Shown: in pieces, positions 14,601-27,700 of the stretch | Layout: every line of letters begins with the position of its first letter | How positions within the stretch are numbered: position 1 is the stretch's first letter | NCBI RefSeq assembly: GCF_000150275.1 | Contig: NW_002060944.1 | Location: 1,005,232-1,069,231, forward strand | Direction: 5' to 3' | Length of the DNA stretch: 64,000 nucleotides | From: Trichoplax adhaerens | Lineage: Eukaryota > Animalia > Placozoa | The notes under the pieces: generated by a model | Database searches by the model: none | What the model saw: only the letters and a program-made list of their open reading frames with translations | What the model was told of the DNA's origin: nothing | Made by a program: the position numbers and the translations under genes

Positions 14601-17600
14601 GGATTTTCATATGATCACACTTGTATTAACTTTTTTGTTATATTTCGCGGCAATAGAATCTTTTATGTTGTCATGAGAATCCATTGTCTTGTTGGAACTA
14701 TGAGTAAAATTATCTCGTTAATAAATAATAGACATACATAAAAAGCAGCAGAACTAGATAATTCATTTGAATAATGATGAAATAAGTTCATCATGTTATG
14801 CCGAGAATATTGATGGTTCACATTTTAGATACTGTTTGATGACGTAGTTGATATTTTGTATTTATCTGACTATTATGAAGGAATTGTGAGTAGCATTAAT
14901 ATTGAAGACGGTTATTTTAATTAAGAGGGTGGGGAAAAGCTGGTCCTAGCTAATTTTAGCTTATTTCTATGTTGCAGTAACTGGTAAACAGATCTCAAGA
15001 GGCAAAAGGAGAGCGATGACAAGATATCTTTATTGGATAAAGCAGTAACTTGTCTGGATAAATTTGTATTTGAATATTCAATCTAATTAAATTGAAAATA
15101 AAAAATTGGCGACTATGATATTCCAATGGATCTGTTCCACTAAATTGTATTTTCAGATTTTTAATTCAATGTTTTGTATTTGGATAATAATGGCCTGAAT
15201 GATACTTTAGCTAAGAAGGTTTCTGTTATCGATTCTTTACGTTAGTTCTTAATATAGAGCAATGTGTGCAAAAGAAAATATTTTCCGATATTGATTTTTA
15301 GCCTAATTGGGAACTGATCTTATTACCCATTGAATAATCTCACATTTACTTGTTATTTAATTCAGCTGATATTGTTTATATTGATACTGAAAGTTAGTCA
15401 AGTTAATTAAGTTGTTAAATAGAGCGATTATTTTTCTCTGATTACTATTACCGGGATTATCATTATTTTATAAATTAATAAACTTTCAGATAAATCTATC
15501 TATATACTAGTATATGTGTTGGGATATTGATAATTTCCTGCATATTTAAGTGTAGGCGTTGAAAATTCAAGTATACCTTATATTAAGATTTAAAAATATA
15601 CATGTTTTGACGGAATAAAATAGATTCATTAGATTACCGTTGTTAATATAATATGTAGCTAAGATTGAAAATATGGTTGTATAGTGCTCATTTGAGCAGG
15701 CTGTAAATAGTTGAAAACTTCTGGAAAGAGCGTCTAGGGATTTATTGCAAGTACTTGAATTATCAACTACTGTAAATTATGCTTTATAGGCCAGTTATTC
15801 TATTTACCTATAAGACATTCCATTATAAAAGAAATAAATCAATAGGAGTGGTCTCGTGGTAAAATAGGTAGAGAACTATTTTTGAATAGTAATATTAATA
15901 AAAATAATTTTCTTTGAGTTTGATTGCTAAAGCATATACACGTAAACATAAACTATAAGCAATTATAGTTGTACTAGATTGCATTTATCTTTGGATGAAT
16001 TTTTATATTCCTTAATTGATTGTATTGCTGTTAACTTCCTGCTGACTTTCATATTTCAAATAATATTCTACTTCATGATATAAAATAGTTTTATGATCAA
16101 TCATTGTTTGAACTGTGGGATACGCGTATGCTGATATTAGTCAATGAGCTGTTGTTATATTGGTTGGGGTGGGTTAAATAGGCAAACAATACTGCGAGAC
16201 TTATTTAATTTAGCGATCACGGTAAATGTTTACCGTGCTTGACGTCTAAAATTTTTTATTTATTATTAATCCTATTAATTATTTGATTATTCTTTAACAA
16301 ATATACTCGATAATCATTACTGATGGTATTCTAAATGGATAAGTATCATTTAATGACGGCCTGAATTGATGATAGTAATGAAACTACTACATATTTAGCT
16401 ATTTAACTCTCTAATTCTTATTTTAAGTTTTTAAGTATTGCTTTAAAAACAGAACGTTGTATATGACGATAAAAAATCTCATTATCAGTTTAAGATCTTA
16501 TACTGTAAATAATTTATTCTTCAACCATTTGCAAACTTAGCCAATGACTACAATTACTACATTACATCAATTAACAATGATATTAATTCCTTCTGTGTCA
16601 AACTCTGCTCGGTTTACTTTCGATTGAATAAAAAAACGATCGCTTTCTTTTACATCTTTTTACTATAGGGAACTATTTATTGAAAATTCAGCTTATTTAC
16701 TTTACGATTTTGAAAATATGAACGAGTGCTGAATAGTAAAATAGTTGCCTATTCGTCTTAAATTAGTACAGAGTCGGTAAAATTTCTCAATTTAAGCTGA
16801 CAATGAGTACATCGATGTTGATTTAACGAATATATAAGATTGAATATGAATACTGTAATGCAAATTTCTTGTCGGTAGTAAAGTACAGTAATTGCAATTC
16901 TGTCAGTAAAATGATGAATTACAATTAGCTAGAAATATTAGATAGGCTCATAGGATTATAGCCGGCGGGCAGGCCGAAATATTTAGCATATCTTACTCGT
17001 ACGTACGTTGAAATAAGTACTTAGTAATTTTATGTCCGGTTTTGCTCGAAGGTATAAACTTATGAGAAACATCTTGCTATTATGATTGTATTCTGAGTAA
17101 GCTTAACTAAAATATCAATACGTAGTTAATAGTGTTTTGATTACGATAGTAAGAAGACCTCTTCTTAGTTAAGCTGAATTTCGCTGATAATAATTATTAA
17201 TGGAAAATGGGAACATTAATATCTATCCAGGAAAACTGGTTTACAAGCCATATGCACGTATAGTATGTAATTTGTGCTTTTAATTTTATCTATGTTATTC
17301 AAATACATACGTACATATATCCTGCATCATACATTCAATGCAATTCTATAGATAGTTCAAAAATTATTTAACGTTTACATAGGAAGCATCAGATGGAAGT
17401 TTAACGCTCTGTCGTCAACAGATTCAATATATGCAATAAGTAAACAAATATTGAATCTCTAAATATACAAATAGATTGATTACTTGGCGAATTTTAACCT
17501 TCCAATCCACGTTCATTATTAAGTTAAACCCAGAATGTAAAGCTGTAATGATTTAAAATACTAACAAAGAGAATTTTGAAGTGTTGTCCAATATTGATCT

Positions 17601-20439
17601 ATAGTTATAGTTTACTTGATCATAATGAATCAATGACCGGAAGACTATTCAATTTTTGTTCTAGTAGCGTTGGCAAAATGTGTTTACAGTATGCTTGTTA
17701 TATCTTATTATCAAAGCCACAATTGCCTTCACAGAGATGACTTTCTGATCAGGAAATACCAGATTGTTATATAAGAAGTTGTTAATGATTTGATTTTCCT
17801 CTGGGACAGTCAACATTAAACTCAATGCTAGTATTAATGTCAAATCCTTATTTCTATACAAGTTTACGTTAAGTAGGGTTTATTAAATAGTGATAATAAT
17901 ACTTCGTGATGACATTATTTGTTTTTTCCTTTCCTTGCAGCTGGACAAGGTATTGTGTTGGTGCATAATGGCTTCGCTAAATTTAATTTACTGACGTCGT
18001 TGTAATAAATGATGAATTTAATGTTGAAAAATGAATGCCTTGCATATTACCTAACAATTTGTTATTGCGTTCCATTAAGGCAAAACAATCGAAGTTATGT
18101 TCTGTATTGTGTCAAATTACATGAAAATTGGTATGTGAACAAGAATAAGTGAATGATAAAATGAAATTTTTTAACACCATTGTTTAAAATTGGCAAATGA
18201 TTTGAGTCGTTAAGATTGATTGATATTGAAAAAGTTTAAGCCTACGTGTGTAGTAATCGTTTTGATTATTCCAGATTTGAAAGGATTTCATCATACAACG
18301 ACGGCATTTACAACAGATGATGAGAAGAATTTCTTCATTGTAAAGGCTTGCTATTGATGCATGCATTAAATTGGAATTGATATAAAATGATTACACGATA
18401 GAGTAACCTAGTATTCGTAGCTGCCCATTTCAATATGTTCAAATTCATTGGTTGTCTACTTTCTGTCAATCAAAGAACAGACTACGTAAACATAAGTTGG
18501 ATGTGTACTAAAATAATAATAACTTTCATTTACTAATAAACAATTTACGAATTTCCTTCTTGTGGCTCGTTATTTTACTCTTTACAAGGAATTTTAATTG
18601 CTTCTTTTACAGGAAGCATTCGTCATACTTTGCTTAAAGTGATATTTAATAGCAATCATTATTGTATAGTGTAGTTATCCGTGCTTTGTACATAAAATTG
18701 AATTATAATTTATAAGTAGTGATCGAATTACTTTGGAAAAAGTGACAATTACGGATTGTAAAATAGAAACAGGCCGTATACTGTATTAGCGGTGAAATCA
18801 CCCTTAACTTTCTAGAATTTATTTCTTTTAATTAGAATCATTCAAAAGAGAGTGGTAATGGACAATTTCCTTTACAAATTGCCAATAATTAGAACAAGAT
18901 TGATCAATTTTGAGGGAATCTACAGTATCTACGTTTCTATATAGTAAAACCAAACCCATTTTGATATCCTAAGCTGTGGCTAATTACGCTTTTGCTATGG
19001 CTATTAATTATCAGATGTCAATACACTTTTACCAATAATATGCTGTAAAAAATAACGCATATATAGCAGTGCAAATTATAGACGCTGCGGCAAACTGGAT
19101 AAATGGAGTGTTTATTAGCGATTTATGGTTTGTGTCTGACATACTACGTTGTTAATTAGCTAATTAAATTATAATAACTGCCTTAATTAACAGTACCTTT
19201 AACATTAATTTCATCATTTTTGATAGTTTTTCCACCGGTAGAACAAAGTATGACTAGTAGTGATCGAATCTTAATGATATTTAAAAAGTATTTCTGCTAT
19301 TCTGCTTTGCAATTCTACCTAATATTATGCTCTATTCCCTCTCATTTACATTGTAATACATCGTGGTTTTCATCACTTAATAAGGACACATTGAATTATC
19401 TATGGATACTAATTAGGATTAGCCATTATGAATGATCACGTAGAATTTTTTGAATATCCAACTCGTTTCTTAATATGTCATAAGAAATGAATAGATCCAT
19501 TTATGCTACTAAACATTTAATTTTGACCGGTAGTTATTTCTAAACGCTGTCTGTTACTTAATATAGCGGATTTTGACCTTAAAACACAATACGTATACGC
19601 TGTAGGAAGTAATAGTAGCTAATATGCTTACTAAGAAATGTATTTTATATTTAATGATAAATTATATACTGAAATAATCGTAATTTACTGGATACTAATA
19701 CCTGAAATAAGTTACTATACGCGTATATTCAAGTTACTTATCGTATTGTAAATTGAATTAAATACTGGAAAGATCATGATTTGCTGTAGGTCTAATATCA
19801 ATTTGACTAGATACTGATAGCTGAGGTGAGTTGCTGTAGGCATATATTTGAACGTGGCCGTATGCGAAATCGGTCATTTTGTAAATTGATGAAAGTACAA
19901 ATGTATAGCAATGCTGTAGTTTTAGTCAGAACTTATTAAGGCTAAAGCTATCGAATTTCGTCTGTTCAGCGGAGTAAATTGTATTCCTTCACATCACAAA
20001 TTATATTGATGGGAGGGGGGAGGAAGGTTATTGCAAGAATTTTAGATAATCAGCAGCAATAATATTCTCTGTTTTTGACAAAATTATTCATGTCGTAAAA
20101 GTCAAGAAAACAATGAAATAACGTAATTTTATAAAAAAAATAAAATGAAAAGCATCTTCATAACATGAGGGGAGGGAGGAAGATTTTTAAAACAGAATTT
20201 CGACAGGTATAGCATAATCATTTAAAAGTAGATGATAATGTTGTCTATCCGATGTTGACGCTCTTTGACAATAATTTTATTTTACTAAATTGGAATAAAA
20301 CTAAATCATTTTCTTTAACTATATGTAAAGGTCATCAGACTAATGAAATTTTTATTAATTATGTTATTAAGACATCATATAGATACTTGAGTTATGACAG
20401 GATCACAATAGTTAATTGGTCTTGATATATTCAATCAAT

Positions 20440-20720
20440 ATTGAAAGATCCGTTCCGACCACCTACTAAGGAAGCTCGGTATAATTCGTATTAAGGTTAC
20501 GAATGTAATTTCCAAATTGGTCGTTATAGGCGATATTTATTACGGTAACTTACATTAGACATACTACCAAAGAAGCTCAATGCGATCAGTATTTAGGATA
20601 TGAATGGAGAGTTTTACCTTTGGTTCCCTCGATCGGTATACATCCATGAAAAATTTTACTCGAATGGATCAGTGGCATAGATGTATACAGAGACCAGTTA
20701 CCAATACATTAATGTACTGA
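20440..20720 (+). pseudogene. Possible decayed ubiquitin-conjugating enzyme (E2) remnant
   Basis: Fragments across frames: DPFRPP, YE/GEFYL, HP, FYSNGSV, IDVYRDQ. These resemble the UBC consensus (YEGGxFxL...PFKPP...HPNxxSNGSICLDILRxQW). Stops and frameshifts are present and the motif order is not fully colinear. Confidence 0.3.
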
Positions 20721-21754
20721 TAGGCTAGCATACAATTCGAATAAATAATAAAATTAATAAGAAGTACATAAAAGTCATGAATAGACGAAAATTCTTTTGC
20801 AAGAAAATTGGATTATCCTTAATCACATAACTTTATAAAGTGATAAAAAAGGCGTTAGTTCTAAATTACAGTACAGTACCATAGAAATAAACCAACACTT
20901 CTTAGTAATTATTGAGAGTTGTTTATTCATGACAACATTTTCTCTAATTAATTTATTTGCTCGTAACTAAGTTCAGTCTGATAGAATAACAGGAGTTGAA
21001 TGAATGCACTGAAAGGCAGTGCGATACTGCGGTATCATCAAGCAGTAAAAAACAAATCAGCCATAATTATCGTTCATGTCAATATGCAAATTGCAATAAT
21101 AAGGAATGAACATTGTACAGGTATTCAACTGGAAATAATCGTCATGTTATGTAGGCTAATTGATAGATCTATACATAAGTTGTTATCCAATTTGGGTCGA
21201 GTTACTAGCAGTAAATCGCCAATCTAATTATGTTATTATTTGATTTAGATTGTCACTCTCTGGAATACAGTCTAGTTGTAATATAATTGGGCTTGCATGC
21301 AATCATTGGAAAGCCTAATCAAAAGATAGGAGGCTTTCTTCATTTTATTTACTATTAATCAATTTAATGATGACTTTCATACATGCGCAAGTGGTATTTG
21401 CGAAATCAGTTGTTAGTGTTGGATGGCATCCTGACTGTAGTCTGTAAAAGCGTTTTGGCAATTTTTACAGGAATATTGACTTCAATTGATTGCCAATTTT
21501 TTTTCACGTCAGGCTTGAAGTAAAAGAAGTTGATAGTTCTTCTCTATGACCTATTTAGCTTGGCGATATTGCATACTGGCACTCTTGTATTCAATCGTGT
21601 CATCTGCAATCGGCGATCATACTGAGCTTTAGTGTTGGAGCATAGGTAACTAATAATTGGCCCCGAATTATCTAATTTAAGATGATTTTCAGGTCGTTTG
21701 ATTTTTCTTTGGACTACAGAAAGTAGCGCATATACACTTCGCTATTTCTGAGCC

Positions 21755-21862
21755 GATAGTATATTGCAATAGCAATCAATAGCCATATATTTATCTACAT
21801 AAGCATATCAGATAGTATATTGCAATAGCAATCAATAGCCATGCATTTATTTACATCAGCAT
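21755..21862. repeat. Short direct tandem repeat, two ~55-bp units
   Basis: GATAGTATATTGCAATAGCAATCAATAGCCAT occurs twice. Confidence 0.85.
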
Positions 21863-22692
21863 ACTATATATTACAGTATATGAAGACAGGAGAGTATTGT
21901 CAAAACTACAGTAGAATAGTAGTAATATTTGAAGAAACTGACTGGGACTAAGAAAAAGATTAACATCGTGAGAGCAGAGCAAGAAGTGCAATAAAGTAGC
22001 AAACTTATGAGAGAAGAATTACTCTTATTACGAGATTGAAGAAATTTCGATGTTCAATGCTAAGAAACATTTGATATCTTACATTCTAGTTCTTTCATTA
22101 TAACTATTTTATTCCTCTACTTTCTTATACTGTACTTAAGCGTATGTTACAGTTGTTATAAATTCAACTCACAACCTGTCTTTACCTACTGCATTCAGAT
22201 TATTGAGGTCTTTACGTTGTCTAGACTCATCTATGTACCAGACTTAAAATTGTATACTGGCTGGCTCTGTTTATGCATGAAGGTCTAAGACTGGGTAAAC
22301 CTACATTGAGAATTGTAATATATTCTAGAGACTTAGCTTAAATGCTACGTTTTTCATAGCACAGGTATTTACATCAATATGCGTATACCAGTTTACAAAG
22401 TGTAGAGCAGAGTGTGTTGTAAAATAAAGCATTTTGTCCGTAAAAACTACAAAATGACTTAATGCATATAAAAATTCGTAAGAGAAATAATTTAAAAATA
22501 TACCATTGGAGAGGCTAGAAAGAATGCTAGCTGAAAGTATAATTTTAATTAAGTAAACTACTCTAGTTTTAGAGAAACGAAGGTGCAAATATCGTGCATT
22601 ACAGTCCTGTAGCGAGGTAGCAGTAATTTTCTAGTTAGCCTGCAGACTGGAAATAGCTTTGTCTACAGCTGCCACGACCTGTAAGTTGTGAC

Positions 22693-22847
22693 TAGGGACT
22701 ACTCAACTCAAAAATGTTCTCCTATATTAAAAATATATGGGACTTGTTAATACTGTAGATTCGTTGCCAGTCCCGTATATTTTTAGTATAAGAGAAAATT
22801 TTTGAGTTACGGCTTTGAGAGGAGAATTTTTAGTTACGTAGTCCCTA
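22693..22847. mobile_element. 155-bp non-autonomous DNA transposon (MITE), hAT-like
   Basis: TIRs TAGGGACTAC...GTAGTCCCTA, flanked by a perfect 8-bp duplication GTTGTGAC (22685-22692 and 22848-22855). Long internal inverted repeat: AACTCAAAAA...TATATGGGACT / AGTCCCGTATA...TTTTTGAGTT. Confidence 0.88.
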
Positions 22848-23289
22848 GTTGTGACACAAGGAGATCATATAAACTGAGTATACTCTACTGTACCTTGGTT
22901 GATCGAGTAAAACTACCTTGTAACCTAATATTAAGTAGGATTACTCTTTAAATATGAAATTCTGTGCTGATATAATCGTTCCATCTCTACTTTTTATCCT
23001 ACAGATAATTCTATGATCAATGTGTATACTATTCTACTGTATTATCGGCATTTTAGCTCAATTGACGTAGTGAACCATTGGCGCGTCTGCCTAACATGAA
23101 ATTGAGAAGGAAAGATCGAAATAATAAATTAGCAGTTTTAGCACAGCTCCAGCACAGCAAGATGTGCTATGAAATGCCAATTCGTCAGATTTGTCGTTCC
23201 GAGTCGGATCAGTTTTTAGAGAAGAAATATTTTTTAATCGGATTTCGGAGTGAGACATAGCATTTTGATGGACCTTTTACTGTACAGTG

Positions 23290-24470
23290 TGCAGTAAGAA
23301 TGAATCACAAAATGAAAGAAATGTAGTGGTGCTGATGAAGAATACAGTAAGAATGAATCACAAATTCAAAGAAAGTGCATTTTGCTTTCATTATCCAGTA
23401 TCTCTATGGCGCTGATGGAGAACACAGTAAGAATGAATGACAAAATGGAAGAAACTACATTTGCTTTCATTATCCAGTATCTCTAAGGTGACGATGAAGA
23501 ACACAGTAAGAATGAAACTACGATTTGCTTTGCTATGGTGCTGATGAAGAACACAGTAAGAATGAATGACAAAATGAAACTGCATTTTGCTTTTTTATGG
23601 TGCTGACGAAGAATACAGTAAGAATGAATGACAAAATGAAACTATATTTTGCTTTTCTACAGTGCTGATGAAGAACACAGCAAGAATAAATGACAAAGTG
23701 GAAGAAACTATATTTTGCTTTCATTATCCAGTATTTCTATGGTACTGATGAAGAACCCAGTAAGAATGAATGACAAAATGGAAGAAAGTACATTTTGCTT
23801 TTCGATGGTACTGATGAAGGACACGGTAAGAATGAATGACAAAATGGAAGAAAGTACATTTTGCTTTCATTATCCTATATCTCTATGGTGGCGATGAAGA
23901 ACACAGTAAGAATGAAACTAAATTTTGCTTTGCTATGGTGCTGATGAAGAACACAGTAAAAATGAATGACAAAATGAAACTGTATCTTGCTTTGCTACGG
24001 TGCTGACGAAGAACACAGTAAGAATAAACGACAAAATGAAACAACATTTTGCTTAGCTACGGTGCTGATGAAGAACACAGTAAGAATGAACGACAAAATG
24101 AAACAACATTTTGCTTTGCTATGGTGCTGATGAAGAACACAGTAAGAATGAACGACAAAATGAAACAACATTTTGCTTTGCTATGGTGCTGACGAAGAAC
24201 ACAGTAAAAATGAATGACAAAATGAAACTGTATCTTGCTTTGCTACGGTGCTGACGAAGAACACAGTAAGAATAAACGACAAAATGAAACAACATTTTGC
24301 TTTGCTACGGTGCTGACGAAGAACACAGTAAGAATGAATGACAAAATGAAACAACATTTTGCTTTGCTATGGTACTGACGAAGAACACAGAAAGAATGAA
24401 TGACAAAATGGAAGAAAACTCCATTTTGCTTTCATTATTCCGTATCTCCATGGTGCTGATGAAGAAGATG
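23290..24470. repeat. Minisatellite, core unit 62 bp with shorter and longer variants
   Basis: Unit CTAYGGTGCTGAYGAAGAACACAGTAAGAATGAAYGACAAAATGAAACAACATTTTGCTTTG starts at 24057, 24119 and 24181 (period 62). Some variants carry GGAAGAAA and CATTATCCAGTATCT insertions. Confidence 0.97.
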
Positions 24471-24721
24471 ACTGGAGAGTACAATACATTGTACTGCATC
24501 TACAGTATAATGTACTGTCAACACTGTACTGTATGGTGCTCGAACTGTACTGTAGACCGCTGAGTCAATGATGACAGGCCAATCTCTAGCATTGCGATAT
24601 ACTGTGGGGTACTGTTTGATACACCACTTGTAGAGTGTAGCATAAGCCTTAGAGCCAATGGATTACCCTAGTCTACCCAAAGTATTTCATTGAATCAATT
24701 CATTTGGCAAGAAAGAATAAC

Positions 24722-27700
24722 ATGGCTACTAAATCAGTCGTGATCGTATTGCCTAATGCAAGAAGAAAATCCATCAAAGTCAAGACTAATACCACTATTG
24801 CTGAAGTAAGACACTCTTTGAAATAAACAAATAGACTGAATAACACAATGAAACTTTCTTATCCTAAAACAATTATATCATTAAGTGTTTCGTCAATGTC
24901 GACGTTGTATTGATTGGACATGGTTGACATCGAAGTAATTAATATTGTGAGCAAATTGGATTAAATCGACTTGACGAATGGATAGCCACGTTAATGAAGT
25001 TTCAAAGTGTGCATGTTGTTTATTTTTCAACACAGAATCGAAAAGGGAAAACAGGAGTTTACTGCTATATAGCCATGATTAGCATGTTTCCATTAACTTG
25101 ACAATAGATAATGATATCATTCTCTAACGTTAATCATGCTCACGCATGTTGACTACCACATTAAAATGGACCCTTGTCTATCCATTCTCATCATTGATTT
25201 TGTATTTATGGGTAACAGATTGTCGACAACATTTGCCTTAAAGAAAAGCTAAATTCATCATTCTACTCACTAAGGTAACTTGTTGTTCTGAATAAATGAC
25301 TTTCTATCTGTGTGCACTGAGCTGTTAAATAGTAGAATAGTGATTGCTAAATGGAAGAGATGTTGCGCGCTAGTAGAATACCTCCTCTCGCAATAAACGC
25401 CAGATTGTTAGTGTATCCAAATCTTTTTCTACAAACATACTTAGATTGCGTATATAGTAGTTATTCCCCTCAATGGAATTTTATCAGTTATTGTCCTTTT
25501 TCTGTATTTTTTGTGCTAAAAATGTTGACGATGATCATGACTTTCTTACCTATTGGACAGATATCAAAGGAAACTTTTGCAAGAATCCATTACTTTTCTA
25601 CACGCTAATCTACCTAATAATGTCTCACTTGAATTAATTAAGCTGGATAAGCCTAAAACTGGTAAATAAGTCAATACTGGTACCACTTTCAATGCATTCT
25701 ATAGTACAGTACTACAGTACATTGCTACCTGTATGTCAATTCCATGTGTTAAAATAGAACAACAAAAGTTAAATAATTCTATACCATTCAATGGAAAACA
25801 ACAAGCATGAATCAAAATATTAAATGATGACCTGCTTCGGTAGTAGTACGAAATGGTGATAAGTTCTCTTATCTAGATGATACCACTGCTACTAACCTTT
25901 GAATGGCACAATATATGCATGCATACCAATTGGCTCGGTTAATCATAGCTATTGACTAACATGCTAATATACTCTTAGATAACGAAATTACGGTTGCCTT
26001 GCAAGTTGGTGATGGATCGAGGCTACAACATTCCTTTCCAGCTTCAACATCATTGTGGGATATTATACAGCACTGGGAGAATCAGTATTCCAGGTATTCT
26101 TGCCCACTGCATATTGCTGCTAAAGTATTACTACAAATAGCTTCAAATCTTACTGATTTTTTACAGAAATTCAAGTCTTAAAAGTAATTGATTGACTATG
26201 ACCTATTTTTTAGAAAGAATTTGCCCTCACTACTTACAACAGAAGCAAACAAAGTTATCTCGTGTGTTTACATGCACCAACAGGTGAACTCAGATTCTAA
26301 TTGTTTCTAGTACAGATTTTTGTTTTCAATTTGGTAATCATTTCGCTGTACATTTATCTTTAGATCTCTGGTCGAAATGCCTTACAACGAACATTTTTGA
26401 GATCGTTGGGCTTGGATAGCGGAAGAGCAATTATCAGGTATTGCCGGATGAAACTACTTATTTTGACCTTCATGAACGATTTTAAAGCAAATTTCTCCAT
26501 CTTACTTTAGATTACATTATCGAGATGGTCAGGACGAAGATAACCGTGAGCTTAATTCTGAAGTGGAAAGGACCTTTAATGTGACTAATACCGTTTCTGT
26601 GCCATCTGAACCAAGTGCAGAGGAGGAGGGAACAACCATAGAAACAAGTCAGATCAATGTAGAAGAGAGATTCACGAAAGTTCCTTCAAATCTGCCAGCT
26701 GCAAATATTGAAGCTTCAGGTAGTAAAATTTAAATTAGCATTTGTAATTATTTTAAACTAATTGAACTAAGCGAAATCTTAATTGTACTACCAAGGTTCA
26801 AGAATAACGCTGTCTCATCAGGCCGATGATCATCAACTTTCGGAAATAACTCCTCAAGAATTCACTTCTAATGTAGTTGAAAGCGATACTAATTCAGGCG
26901 CTTCTCATGCACCCGACATTCCATTACCGATGGAAACTGTGCCAGCTCCGATCGAATCAAAAGAGAACTCTCAATCAGACATTGGGGAGCCTGTAAATGA
27001 TAATCCTATCAAAGTATAGTCTTGTAGTTGAAACTTGGTTTTACAGCAATAAATCATTTGTTTAGATATCTATCTGTATGTAATGCTAGCATGTAGAGTT
27101 TCGATCTAGCGGCTTATAAATTTGCAATAGTAGAATCTTTCTATGTTTGACTACAGTCATTACATAAATAGATGAATTAACAGTTTTTTACTCAGACTAT
27201 TGCACAGCCGATTATTAATCTCTTTCAGGATTTTTAAATGGCATTTTTATTATTTTATAACCTATTTAGAAGAAATGGGTGACCGAAGGCAAGCCTGGTA
27301 TGAGATTCTATATTTCTAGATCTATGCCACTTGATATAATTACAGCAATAGTGAAAGCTGATTAATTTAATATTGCGTTTCAATGTGGAAGTCATTTACG
27401 TTATTAATTTTAGACATTGATACCTTATTCTCACAGATGAAGACGTAAAACGCCGAAAGATCGATGATGATAACATACTTGGAAAAGATGGCAACTCTGG
27501 AGACATGAACAAAGTAAGTTTCGTCGTTGTATTAGGAGTGAAGGTAAATCTGTTGGAAAGAGCAACTTTTTTATGAGTATGATCTTATTTTTCGAACTCT
27601 AGGACGTAGACCTTTGTCCAGTGGTTTACCACCTAGATGACATTGAAGGTTTTGAAATCGATTCTGGTTAGTGTAGATATTTTGCTGATATCAAAAAATT

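Noticed and set aside
5000-22600. Numerous 60-90-aa ORFs in the desert
   Set aside because: AT-rich low-complexity translations with no recognisable motifs or consistent splice structure.
23290-24470. CRISPR-like array (regular repeats with an internal palindrome)
   Set aside because: No unique spacers, no cas genes, and a eukaryotic context; it is a minisatellite. The ORFs over it are repeat translations.
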